Numbered from the stretch's first letter, positions 1 through 9,651 are shown. The stretch is DNA of 64,000 bases from Erysipelotrichaceae bacterium OttesenSCG-928-M19 (GCA_030265585.1 JAJDGJ010000001.1:2388-66387), one strand, 5' to 3'. A program made the numbers and translations. The notes: generated from the sequence alone by a model not told the origin.

Positions 1-1
1 T

Positions 2-685
2 CTCTGGTTTATGTATGCTTTAATTGCAATCTATTTTCTTTTACCTTTGATTTCAAAAATCTTTGAAAATAAGAAACTATATTTATATTTAACTATTTTA
101 GTTTGTAGCTATTCATTTGGTTTTATCATAATTGAAACAATTTTTAATTTAACTAATAATTATGAGATGCAATTATTTCAAACACTTTATCCGTTTCAAA
201 CTCATTATTTATTTGCTTTAAGTTATTTTTTATTAGGTGGTTTAATTAGACAATATGAGGATAAAATTAAAAACTTGCAAATAAATAATATTGTTCTTAT
301 TCTTATTATGCTTTCTTCACTAGTTATTCAGGCTCTTTACTTTGTTTTTATTAATAATCTTTCTCAAGAGAATTTTGATCCAATGTATAATGGTTATTCC
401 ACTTTAACAACTGCTTTAAACGCCACTATCTTATTCTATTTACTTAAATATAGAGTAAGAGAACTCAATCATAAACACCTTGATGGTATCGCCTATTATT
501 CTTTAGGCATCTACTTAATTCATTGGCCGCTTGCTTTTTATCTAAAAAAGCAATTCTTAAGTAACTACTTTGTCTTAGATTATCTAAGTAATATTATTAT
601 CAGTTTAGTAATACTATTAATTTGTTATTTACTTTGTTATTTGCTAGGTAAAAATAAATATCTACAAAAACTAATTAAACTTTAA
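2..685 (+). CDS. Acyltransferase family 3 (OafA/YiaH-like) membrane protein, 5' truncated by window edge
   Basis: Frame is open from base 2 (LWFMYALI.., the typical LWF/Y motif); many TM segments; SLGIYLIH motif near the C-terminus. Confidence 0.75.
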   Translation, partial: LWFMYALIAIYFLLPLISKIFENKKLYLYLTILVCSYSFGFIIIETIFNLTNNYEMQLFQTLYPFQTHYLFALSYFLLGGLIRQYEDKIKNLQINNIVLILIMLSSLVIQALYFVFINNLSQENFDPMYNGYSTLTTALNATILFYLLKYRVRELNHKHLDGIAYYSLGIYLIHWPLAFYLKKQFLSNYFVLDYLSNIIISLVILLICYLLCYLLGKNKYLQKLIKL

Positions 686-699
686 TGAAAGGTGATACT

Positions 700-2718
700 A
701 TGTCGCAAATTGCTATTATTATTCCAACATATAATTCTCAAGCATATCTTATATCATGTTTAGAATCTATTAATAGACAAACTTACCAAGGTAAGATTAA
801 CCTTTATCTAATTGATGATTGTTCTACTGATAATACTGTTGAGATAATTAATAACTTTCAGTTTAGACCACATATTAAACTTAGTTTAATGATCAATCAA
901 GAGAATATGACTCAAGGCTATAGTCGTAATACAATTTTGAAAGACATTATAGAACCTTATGTCGTTTTTTTAGATAGTGATGATTATCTTGATGAAAGAT
1001 TTCTAGAAATAATGCTTGAAAAATGTCAAAGTACTAATAGTGATATTGTCTTTTCTGATTGGATTTTTTACCATGATGAGTTTCAACAATACGATTTTAA
1101 GAAAAGTGATTCATTACTACATATTGAGAAATTAGAAGGTAATGACTGCGCTAATTTATTAGCATTAAATATTTACTTTAGTACACCAGCAATTTATAAA
1201 ACTACCTTTTTAAAAGATCATAAAATTCTTTATGGTGAAGGTTATTGGTATGAAGATTTTGAGTTCATTGTCAATTGTGCTATGCATGCCCAGAAGATTA
1301 CTTTCTATCACTATCCTCTTTATATTGTCAGATCTCATGATGTTTCAACCACAAAACAAAACTATGATGGAGCTAAGCATCTCTATTCATTAGAGAAAGC
1401 TGTTTTAGCATCACTTAATTATTTATATGATCGCTCTGAATATGCTATCTATTATTTCTATCGCTATATCATTTTAAGAACATTACTTTATACTAGAACT
1501 AGAGCACCATTACGTTTTCGTTATCAATGCATTAAGCGTATTAATCAACTATTAAATAGGAATCAAAACTATAGTTTACCTGATAAAAATTCTACTTTAT
1601 TAAATTATATTTTTAATCAAGGCATCCTAAAAAATAATCAATACTTAAAGATTATTTATAAAGATTGGCGTATTCGTATGGGTAAAAAAAGAAGGCTTGC
1701 TTTTAATGAAATTAAAATGAAACTTGGTTCTCGTAGAGTTAAGCCTCACAAAATCTTATTTGTTGGTTTTGATGATGAGTTTAAAGGAAATAGCAAGTAT
1801 TTATTTAATTTAATGCGTAATAAAAAATATGATATTACTTTTTTGCCTAACTATAAGAAGAACTCAATTGCTTACTATGCTCAATTAAATAGTGCTAAAT
1901 TAATTATTTTTGAGACATGGTCTGGTTTTAGCTATCAAAAAAAGGATAACCAAGTCTATTTGCAACTATGGCATGGTTCACCCTTAAAGAAAATGGCTTT
2001 TTCATCCCTAGAAAGATATGTTATGGAAAAAAATCGTTTCAGTAAAGCTCGTCGCTTTAATGATTATCAACAATGGGATTATCTATTAATTGATAATGAA
2101 GGTGATGATTATTATTTTAATGATTGTTTCATCTACAATAATTTTAAAATACTTCCTTATGGTTATCCACGAGTTAAATGGTTAATACACAATAATAATG
2201 AACAAGTAAAGTCATTATTAAAGAAAAAATATCATATTACTAAACCTTTAATTCTCTATGTTCCTACTTGGCGTGATAGTCAATTAATTAATGATGATAC
2301 TAGTTTTCTACTTAATATAAAAACTTTACAAGCTAAATACCCTCAATATCAGTTTCTAAGTGTTGAACACAGCTATTTAAGTAATATTACTTATAATCAC
2401 GATATCCAAGAGTTACTTTTAATATGTGATTTAGTGATTTCTGATTATTCATCGATCATCTTTGATGCTCTAAAGATTAATAAAAAAATCCTTCTCTATC
2501 AACCAGATTTAGAAGAATATCGCAGCTATCGAGGTCTTTATGAAGATAGATTCGTTGCTTTTAAAGATATAATTTGTTACAATGGAGAAGAAATAGTAGA
2601 TAATATTACTAATTATGAGAATATTCCAATAATTGATGTTGATAACTATATTGATTATGATGAGTTTGAAGATAGATTTATGAACTTACTTAAGGAGATA
2701 GGATTAATTTATGAATAG
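700..2718 (+). CDS. Bifunctional GT2 glycosyltransferase / CDP-glycerol:poly(glycerophosphate) glycerophosphotransferase (TagF-like)
   Basis: N-term IIIPTYN..DDCSTD..FLDSDD (GT2); C-term QLWHGSPLKK, GYPR, ILYVPTWRD, ISDYSS (TagF/TagB family); RBS AAAGGTGA before ATG 700. Confidence 0.88.
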   Translation: MSQIAIIIPTYNSQAYLISCLESINRQTYQGKINLYLIDDCSTDNTVEIINNFQFRPHIKLSLMINQENMTQGYSRNTILKDIIEPYVVFLDSDDYLDERFLEIMLEKCQSTNSDIVFSDWIFYHDEFQQYDFKKSDSLLHIEKLEGNDCANLLALNIYFSTPAIYKTTFLKDHKILYGEGYWYEDFEFIVNCAMHAQKITFYHYPLYIVRSHDVSTTKQNYDGAKHLYSLEKAVLASLNYLYDRSEYAIYYFYRYIILRTLLYTRTRAPLRFRYQCIKRINQLLNRNQNYSLPDKNSTLLNYIFNQGILKNNQYLKIIYKDWRIRMGKKRRLAFNEIKMKLGSRRVKPHKILFVGFDDEFKGNSKYLFNLMRNKKYDITFLPNYKKNSIAYYAQLNSAKLIIFETWSGFSYQKKDNQVYLQLWHGSPLKKMAFSSLERYVMEKNRFSKARRFNDYQQWDYLLIDNEGDDYYFNDCFIYNNFKILPYGYPRVKWLIHNNNEQVKSLLKKKYHITKPLILYVPTWRDSQLINDDTSFLLNIKTLQAKYPQYQFLSVEHSYLSNITYNHDIQELLLICDLVISDYSSIIFDALKINKKILLYQPDLEEYRSYRGLYEDRFVAFKDIICYNGEEIVDNITNYENIPIIDVDNYIDYDEFEDRFMNLLKEIGLIYE

Positions 2719-3544
2719 AAAGTATTTTTTTAGCTTTTTTTTATTAGCAGTACTGCTCTTTACCAAAGATAGTCAAGCTGTAACAAATTGTCATCAAGTT
2801 TGTCCAATTAGCTCTTTTGAGAAAACAACTTTAAACAAAAAAAATATTGTAGAGAAATACAATCCCTATATTGAGTTTAAAAATGGTAATAAAAATAGTC
2901 TTATAACTAACGGTAAGCTATTTTATAAGGGCAAAGAAGTTGGCTTTAGCAAAACTAATAAAAAGAAAGAAATCATTGAAATTGATACTATTGACTATAT
3001 TTACCAAAAACAAAAAAAGTATCAACGTTATGATTGCCCCGATGATGGTGCCTTCTTAACTGATGATTTTGCGATCCATGGTTGCATGGTTTTCAATTTT
3101 ACGATGGTTAACAATGCTATTAACAACAAGCAAACTTCAATCAAAGAATTATATAACAATGGTTATCGTTGTCATTTTGATTATGAAAAGGCTAAAGATG
3201 AATTTGGTTATAGTGAATATCAAAAGATTGATATTTCAAATGAATTTACTAATGATATTAATTATGAGTTTGAAAATAAAGATGATATTGTAAAGAATGG
3301 TAAAAAAACTTTTGTTTTAAAAGACATTCTTCAATACAATAAAACACCAATTATGGTTTGGCTTGTTCCCAATAATGATACTACTTTAGATGAAGGCCAT
3401 TTAGTAACAATTTATAAATATGAGAAACAAAATCAAGAAGAGCATTTTTACTTCTATGATACCTTTAATCAAAAAACACCATCAAGAGATTTTAATGAGT
3501 TTATTACAAGATGGAAAATAGCGCAGCTTTATTTATTATATTAA
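2711..3544 (+). CDS. Secreted protein with papain-fold C39-like peptidase domain
   Basis: Signal peptide; GCMVFNFTM (Cys), EGHLVTIYKY (His), YFYDT (Asp); aligns by eye with the C-terminus of the next ORF. Confidence 0.6.
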   Translation: MNRKYFFSFFLLAVLLFTKDSQAVTNCHQVCPISSFEKTTLNKKNIVEKYNPYIEFKNGNKNSLITNGKLFYKGKEVGFSKTNKKKEIIEIDTIDYIYQKQKKYQRYDCPDDGAFLTDDFAIHGCMVFNFTMVNNAINNKQTSIKELYNNGYRCHFDYEKAKDEFGYSEYQKIDISNEFTNDINYEFENKDDIVKNGKKTFVLKDILQYNKTPIMVWLVPNNDTTLDEGHLVTIYKYEKQNQEEHFYFYDTFNQKTPSRDFNEFITRWKIAQLYLLY

Positions 3545-3553
3545 GGAGGAAAA

Positions 3554-5098
3554 ATGAGAATGAAAAAAATTATTTGTTTAGCATTAGCTTTAGTTTTTGT
3601 TTTAGGAATAAACAACAATATTAAAGCGACTGAAATTATTACGGAATTAGAAGGAGCTAATGTAAAGTACCAATTAACTGCTGATGGAAAAGTATATGCA
3701 TCAGGTCAAAATACTAATGGACAATTAGGGTTGAATCTTGCTGATAACGCTGTAGTTGAACTTGATGAAACAACAGGCCTAGGAAAACAAATTCCTTATT
3801 TACCAACAATTAAGAGTATTTCATATGATGATTACACACTTACTCTAACATATAGTGACTCAATTCAATATGTAATTGGTAAAAATGGTTATGCTCCAAA
3901 ACTAGGTTATAGTGCTAATTATAATAGTTACTTAAAAAATGAGAAAGCTAATTATCCACAAAAAATAACCTTAACTAATGGTGCGATTACTCGTTTAGAA
4001 GTCTATCAGAATTATACTTTGAAGAAATATAAAACAATTACTATTTTTAAAACAAAGCAAATTATTAGTGACATTTATGATAGCAATAATATTGTTAAAG
4101 AAAGAAGAGATTTCAAGTATAACAGTAGTGGCTCAACAATAAAATTTGATTTACGTCAGTATAATGTAAAAACAAGAAAAGAGGCAAGACATTTAGCGTA
4201 TAACTATAATAGTTCATGTCTTTTAATCAAAAGAATAGATTATCGTTATTATCATAACAAGAAAAGAATATATTCAATAAGCAATTATTCAAATGCTATT
4301 ATTAGAAATCAAACCGTTTATAATTATAAAAGTAAGAAAGCATATCGCTCAAAGATAACAACTAGACATTACAATAATAAAGGTAAATTAATTAAGAAAT
4401 ACATTACGAACTATCGTAGTAATAAAAAAGCATCATATCGTTGGTATGCTACTTATCGTCCTGATTTAAAAATTAGATTAGGTGTTACTAAGAAATATTA
4501 CAATAAAAGAGGTAAATTAACTAAAATAGATGCTAAAGTTGAAGGTATCAAGTTTTATACTCAAAAAGATTCAAGATGGCGTTATAAAAGATGTAGTAAA
4601 TCTCCATATAATGGCTCAATTGAACAAAATGGTTGTATGTTATCATCATTTTCAATGATTAATAGTATTTACAATCCAAATGTAAATCCAGGGCAATTAT
4701 TAAATTATGGTCTTGATTGTTATTTAGACCATAACTTAGCAGCTAAAAAGTTTGGCTATACTGTTCAAAACACTTATTCAACAAGAGGTTATACTCGTAA
4801 AGCTAATACTTCATTTTATAACTCTAAGAAGCTAATCAAAAATAATAAATCAACTTATACAATTAAGGATGCTATTACTACTCAACATCTACCTGTGCAA
4901 CTTTGGTTAACTCCTTCTAAAAGAATGCACCGTGGCCATTCAGTAGTGGCTTATCGCTATATTTATAAAAATGGTCGTTGGGATATTAAAATCTATGATC
5001 CATATCCACTTGGCTCACCAAGCCGTTCTCTAAAAGATTTAGCAACACGTCATTATATTGCTAAAGCACAAGTATGGGAAAGAGATTTAGTAGAGTAA
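3554..5098 (+). CDS. Secreted protein: RCC1-like fragment + Lys/Tyr-rich repeat region + C39-like peptidase domain
   Basis: Signal peptide; LTADGKVYASGQNTNGQLG (RCC1-like); YTQKDSRW..GCMLSSFSM..GHSVVAYRY..IYDP (Peptidase_C39_2-like); RBS AAGGAGG. Confidence 0.7.
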   Translation: MRMKKIICLALALVFVLGINNNIKATEIITELEGANVKYQLTADGKVYASGQNTNGQLGLNLADNAVVELDETTGLGKQIPYLPTIKSISYDDYTLTLTYSDSIQYVIGKNGYAPKLGYSANYNSYLKNEKANYPQKITLTNGAITRLEVYQNYTLKKYKTITIFKTKQIISDIYDSNNIVKERRDFKYNSSGSTIKFDLRQYNVKTRKEARHLAYNYNSSCLLIKRIDYRYYHNKKRIYSISNYSNAIIRNQTVYNYKSKKAYRSKITTRHYNNKGKLIKKYITNYRSNKKASYRWYATYRPDLKIRLGVTKKYYNKRGKLTKIDAKVEGIKFYTQKDSRWRYKRCSKSPYNGSIEQNGCMLSSFSMINSIYNPNVNPGQLLNYGLDCYLDHNLAAKKFGYTVQNTYSTRGYTRKANTSFYNSKKLIKNNKSTYTIKDAITTQHLPVQLWLTPSKRMHRGHSVVAYRYIYKNGRWDIKIYDPYPLGSPSRSLKDLATRHYIAKAQVWERDLVE

Positions 5099-5110
5099 TT
5101 TAATAAATTA

Positions 5111-5149
5111 AAAAGAATGCAAGTAATGATTAATTATTTGCATTTTTTT
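5111..5149. terminator. Intrinsic terminator, probably bidirectional
   Basis: AATGCAAGTAAT-gatta-ATTATTTGCATT hairpin followed by a T run and preceded by an A run. Confidence 0.7.
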
Positions 5150-5462
5150 ATCCTCACCATATAACATTTCTTTTTACTAATAACAGTACCATATTCAGCA
5201 CCATTGTAGTAAAACTTATATTCAATTTATTAAAATATTCATGTTGGAAATTATAAGATTAACTGCACCAAATTCCATATCATATATTTTTCATTATATA
5301 TATCCATAGACACCAACATGCCTTTTTGTATTTACAATAATTTTTGCAACAAATATCTGACTAATTGAGCATCAGTTATTTCTATCTCTTCGTTTGATTT
5401 TAATAATATAATAAATTGTGAAGTATGATTGTTAGCTATTTTACTTTGACAACACTTAACAT
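5150..5462 (-). pseudogene. Probable degraded ORF (several frameshifts) at the end of the immunity-like cassette
   Basis: ATG overlaps the stop of the upstream ORF (MLSVVKVK*); short protein-like stretches follow in alternating frames (IANNHTSQFIILLKSNEEIEITDAQLVR / FVAKIIVNTKRHVGVYGY / IEYKFYYNGAEYGTVISKK). Confidence 0.35.
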
Positions 5463-5779
5463 TCATCTTCCCATTCAATCGTTATATTTGTATCTGGAAT
5501 ATCAGCTAAAAAGCCTGAAAAATATTCCATTAATTTAATAGCATTTTCCGGAATTTTCTCCATATAATCGACACTAAAAATTATCCCCTTATGCTTTTTA
5601 AAATGATTATTAACTTGTCCACTTACCACAAATTCAATATAATTATTTAATTTTTCTTGCAATAATATTAAATGTTCATATTCATTAGACCAATCCATAT
5701 CATCAAATATCTTAATGATTACTTCCCCAGTTGGTGTTTGTCCAATAGCATCTATTTTATTTAATTCTCTTAGTCCCAT
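5456..5779 (-). CDS. DUF6572-like putative immunity protein
   Basis: Motif IDAIG..IIKIFDDMDW..EHLILLQEKLNNYIEFVVSGQ; RBS GGAGGA before ATG 5779. Confidence 0.65.
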   Translation of the reverse strand: MGLRELNKIDAIGQTPTGEVIIKIFDDMDWSNEYEHLILLQEKLNNYIEFVVSGQVNNHFKKHKGIIFSVDYMEKIPENAIKLMEYFSGFLADIPDTNITIEWEDEC

Positions 5780-5780
5780 T

Positions 5781-6461
5781 TTATCTTCCTCCAAATATTT
5801 TTTTTATAATACTTTTTCTTGGTATTTTTCTACCAAGCTTCTTTAAACAATAATCTCTAATATATTCATTGATTGACTTTTTGTCATCTCTAAATTTACC
5901 ATATTCATAATTATCAAGTAATACTGTAACAATATCTAAAGCTTCTTGATACTTTTCTTGTTTTATTAAATATAGCATTTTTACTAAATCTCGATCAATA
6001 TAGTTTTCATTATCCACTAATTTATAAAATGCATCATTATCATTTTCATATCTGGTATTAAACTTAATAATTATATCTTTAATACCCTCTAACATTTCTA
6101 CTGAATAATCAGCACTTATGTCATCACAAAATAATTTAAATTCACCAATTTCTAACGGTAAGATAGTAAATGCTCCAATTGCTCTTAAACTAGCAGGTTC
6201 ATCCTTGTTTTCTGGCATATTGAAAATCTCCCAAAAAATATTATCTATTTCAAATGGCTTTGCGTCTACAGTAGTTAATATTTCATAACCTTTTTCCTTA
6301 ACTGTAATATAAAGCATCGAATAATAAATATAATCATCTTCAACAAAATAAATTAGATAATCTCTAAATTTGAAATTTGTCTCTTTAATACTACTTTTTA
6401 TCCTTTTCTTTAGATCATTATATATTTCTTTTTTTGTTTTTTCTATATCTTTTCTATTCAT
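5781..6461 (-). CDS. Hypothetical protein, putative cognate immunity protein of the upstream toxin tip
   Basis: 226-aa ORF with RBS GAGG, starting about 10 nt after the toxin-tip stop; motif KPFEIDNIFWEIFNMPENKDEPASLRAIGAF. Confidence 0.5.
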   Translation of the reverse strand: MNRKDIEKTKKEIYNDLKKRIKSSIKETNFKFRDYLIYFVEDDYIYYSMLYITVKEKGYEILTTVDAKPFEIDNIFWEIFNMPENKDEPASLRAIGAFTILPLEIGEFKLFCDDISADYSVEMLEGIKDIIIKFNTRYENDNDAFYKLVDNENYIDRDLVKMLYLIKQEKYQEALDIVTVLLDNYEYGKFRDDKKSINEYIRDYCLKKLGRKIPRKSIIKKIFGGR

Positions 6462-6470
6462 TTTTCAACC

Positions 6471-6790
6471 TCATTTTCTCATACTTCTAACTACATCAAA
6501 CTTTGTGCCTTTTGGTATTACTGTGCCTTTTTTTAAAAATCCTTTACCTTTTCCTACAACAATTCCACCATTCTTTTCAAGATATTTTTCTGCCAACCTT
6601 TGATTAGGTGTTAATTGTGCCCCTTTTGATGCCTTATACTCTTCAACAATTATTTTTCCTGTTTTTTTATCAATACTATTCCATCCGCCACAAATCTTAT
6701 TTTTTTACCATTTTTTCCTATAAACTCTATTGTTACTTCTTCTATAGAATATGCTTTCTTTTTAAATTTTTTAGTTGTTTCTTTACCCAT
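6471..6790 (-). pseudogene. Frameshifted orphan polymorphic-toxin C-terminal domain, PD-(D/E)xK nuclease type
   Basis: Manual translation: MGKETTKKFKKKAYSIEEVTIEFIGKNGKKIRFVADG then one frameshift at ~6676-6680 into SIDKKTGKIIVEEYKASKGAQLTPNQRLAEKYLEKNGGIVVGKGKGFLKKGTVIPKGTKFDVVRSMRK*; has E..D..ExK..LTxNQ motifs. Confidence 0.7.
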
Positions 6791-7107
6791 TCATCATCAC
6801 TTGTATGTGCACAAGTTTTAACTACTTGCAATATTATTAATCTTACTGCAAGTATCTTTTTTATCTTTCATTGTTAATTTCCTTTATAAGTTATGAATAT
6901 ATATTATAGTATCATAAATCGATTAAAAATATATACTTTTTATATAACTTATTAGGATACTTTACATTAATCAGTGAATTAAGTTAATTACAACAATATT
7001 ATATGTTATCTTTAGTTTTATTAGAATGTTATATTTAATTGCTATTAACTATCTTTATTAAATATGGTATCATTATACAGTAATTAATTTATAAGGAGGT
7101 TAATTAT

Positions 7108-8226
7108 TTGTCACAGTCGACTGATCTAAAAAAAGCCAACAAATTATTAACGCTGCTCCTCTTTTTTGTAAGACTATCGAACTTTATTATGTTTACAGTA
7201 TTACTATTGTTTTTTATTTCTCTAATAAGTACTGTTCTCTTAGATAGATTTGCGATTGATAGTTATTTTACAACTCAGCTAGGCTTACTATTGGTTAAAT
7301 CTGATTATACAAGGGGTATCTTATATCCAGCTATCTGGTTATCAAAATTTAGAATGGGTAACTTTATTTTCTTTACTATCTTTACAATCATTATTATTTT
7401 ATTAAAGAGAAAGTTTAAAAAGGTTGCCTATGCTAAAGCAGAGAGCGTTGGTAATAAAATTATCGCAAGTATCTCAAATCTTATTGTTAATGCTGTAGTA
7501 ATGTTATTAATTGCTTTAGTCTTTTTGAATATCACCTTTATTAGTTTTGTCAATAACACTTTTGAAAATGTCGCTCAAAGTGATGCTAATTTGAAATATC
7601 AAAACAAAGTTGATTTCTTGCAAGCATATTTAAAACAAGAGGATAAGAAGGCTACTATTCAATTAGAGAAAATAATTAAAGATGTTAGAGAAAACAAAAT
7701 AGATATTGAACAATTATCTGATCAAGAATATATAAAGCTCGCTAAAAAAGTTAGTTCTTTAATAAATAAAAAAGCTGGTTTACCAACACTAGAGGAACAT
7801 TATTTTAGAAATAATTTTAGTCGTGCACCAGCAACCCTAGATGAGATGATAAGTACTGTTCAAAATGATAATAGTATCTTTAAATGGCATTTAGTAGCAC
7901 CACTTGATTCTACCTTTCATATGTTTAATCAAGATGGTGAGTATAATTTAAAGTTTTTATCTGAAGATGGACATTTTGAAGCTGTTTATGATATTAGAGG
8001 TCAGCTCTTAACTGAAGTAAATGACCCTATTAATATGGGGACCTTTAACTATGCTGATTCAATACTCTATCCTGAAAAACATTCTATCTATGATGTTCTG
8101 CCTTATTTTGTGTGGAACAATACTAACGATCTAGGCGAAATCTTAGATATTGATGATAGTAAATATCAAGATAATGAAGATGCCCAAAGACGTTATGAAT
8201 ATATCAAGGATTTATTAGAAAATTAA
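7108..8226 (+). CDS. Membrane protein (about 3 TM) with a conserved-looking C-terminal soluble domain
   Basis: TTG start with RBS AAGGAGGT; hydrophobic N-half; C-term HYFRNN..FHMF..NLKFLSEDGHFEAVYD..NMGTFNY..H..YDVLPY. Confidence 0.6.
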   Translation: MSQSTDLKKANKLLTLLLFFVRLSNFIMFTVLLLFFISLISTVLLDRFAIDSYFTTQLGLLLVKSDYTRGILYPAIWLSKFRMGNFIFFTIFTIIIILLKRKFKKVAYAKAESVGNKIIASISNLIVNAVVMLLIALVFLNITFISFVNNTFENVAQSDANLKYQNKVDFLQAYLKQEDKKATIQLEKIIKDVRENKIDIEQLSDQEYIKLAKKVSSLINKKAGLPTLEEHYFRNNFSRAPATLDEMISTVQNDNSIFKWHLVAPLDSTFHMFNQDGEYNLKFLSEDGHFEAVYDIRGQLLTEVNDPINMGTFNYADSILYPEKHSIYDVLPYFVWNNTNDLGEILDIDDSKYQDNEDAQRRYEYIKDLLEN

Positions 8227-8285
8227 CTTAATACTATTTATTTATGATATAATAAAAATGCACTAAAATAACAAGGAGGTTAATA

Positions 8286-8489
8286 ATGAAAAGAAAAGTA
8301 ATGTCACCTTTTACAATAATTGGTTTAGTAATGATTATTGGCTATTTAATCTATGAAGCCATTTTTAAAGCCATACCAGATTCAATTGGTATTCCACTAC
8401 TAATTATTGCCATTATCTTTATTGTGGTTGGTAATGTCCTTGTTAGAGTTCACAATAAGAAAATAGATGATAATAATAAATATGAATAG
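8286..8489 (+). CDS. Small 2-TM membrane protein
   Basis: RBS AAGGAGGT, two hydrophobic helices, own TGnTATAAT upstream, terminator downstream. Confidence 0.7.
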   Translation: MKRKVMSPFTIIGLVMIIGYLIYEAIFKAIPDSIGIPLLIIAIIFIVVGNVLVRVHNKKIDDNNKYE

Positions 8490-8493
8490 AAAT

Positions 8494-8562
8494 TAAAACT
8501 ATCTTGTTATTAGTTAATAAGATAGTTTTTTATATAAAAAAAAGATAGATCTTAATCTATCT
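8494..8562. terminator. Two back-to-back intrinsic terminators between convergent genes
   Basis: AAAACTATCTTGTTA..TAATAAGATAGTTTTTT and A-run AGATAGAT-ctta-ATCTATCT. Confidence 0.65.
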
Positions 8563-8573
8563 CATTTTCAATT

Positions 8574-9494
8574 TTAGTAAATCATTCTCTTAGCATAGCT
8601 TGGTGTAAAGCTAGATAACTTTTTAGATTGAACACCTGTGCTAGGTGTACTAGCATGTACATAACGACCATTTCCAACATAGATTCCTACATGGTATGGT
8701 GAAGACTTACTACCCCAGAATAAGACATCCCCTGGTTGTAATTTCTTTGTACTAACTTTAACATATTTACCTTTTTTAGTTTGATTATATGAAGCACGAC
8801 CAATGTTCATATTAGTTGTCTTTTTATAAACATAACTTGTAAAGCCACTGCAGTCAAATCCAGTTTTTGGATTTGTACCACCTGAACGATACTTTTTACC
8901 AACTAAAGCTTTAGCTTCTTTTGAAACAGCTAATCTTTTTCCTTTATTAGTATGATATTTTATACGATATACTTTACCTTTTTTATTATATGCAACTGTC
9001 GCATATACTTTCTTTAAAGGTGTTTTACTTTTTGTATGAGTATTATAATAATAGTAAGCTCTATATTTAACTTTTTTATTCTTATTATATTTATATACTA
9101 CAGCTAATAAGCGCTTATTGTTTTTACCATATTTTGTGGTAGTTAACTTAGTAGCTTGACCATTTGTCTTATAAGTATATAAATGAGTATAGTATAATTT
9201 ACTATTTTTATAAGTATATACTTGTTTACGATTTACTTTATTATTATTACCATATTTTGTCACTGTTTGATTATTTAATTTTCCTTTTGCATTATACGAA
9301 TACAGATTAACATTGTATAGCTTTGCACCATCTTTAGTAACTATTTTCTTTGTCTTTACTTTATTGTTACTGTAGTAAGTATACGATGTTACTGCTTCCT
9401 TCTTTGCTTTAATATGATTAGAATTGGCTACAAAAACACTTAATGCCAAACTAAACACTACTATCCCTTTTAAGTATTTGTTAAATACCATCAT
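8574..9494 (-). CDS. Secreted NlpC/P60 (C40) cell-wall peptidase with Lys/Tyr-rich repeats
   Basis: Signal peptide; GFDCSGFTSYVY, LQPGDVLFW, HVGIYVGNG, HAS motifs. Confidence 0.9.
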   Translation of the reverse strand: MMVFNKYLKGIVVFSLALSVFVANSNHIKAKKEAVTSYTYYSNNKVKTKKIVTKDGAKLYNVNLYSYNAKGKLNNQTVTKYGNNNKVNRKQVYTYKNSKLYYTHLYTYKTNGQATKLTTTKYGKNNKRLLAVVYKYNKNKKVKYRAYYYYNTHTKSKTPLKKVYATVAYNKKGKVYRIKYHTNKGKRLAVSKEAKALVGKKYRSGGTNPKTGFDCSGFTSYVYKKTTNMNIGRASYNQTKKGKYVKVSTKKLQPGDVLFWGSKSSPYHVGIYVGNGRYVHASTPSTGVQSKKLSSFTPSYAKRMIY

Positions 9495-9651
9495 ATCACC
9501 CTATAGTCATAACTTTATTGTGATGTCTCACATCACACACCATCTATTTTACAGGATATTTTTACGTTTTTTTGTTCATAATATGTTCATTTCTAACAAT
9601 ATTTTTATAGACCTATTATAATAAATTTCAATTCTTTTTTTTATTATAATA

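Noticed and set aside
6370-6877. Plus-strand ORFs 6370-6603 and 6608-6877 from the ORF track
   Set aside because: Phe-rich antisense shadows of the Lys-rich minus-strand toxin remnant; no RBS seen.
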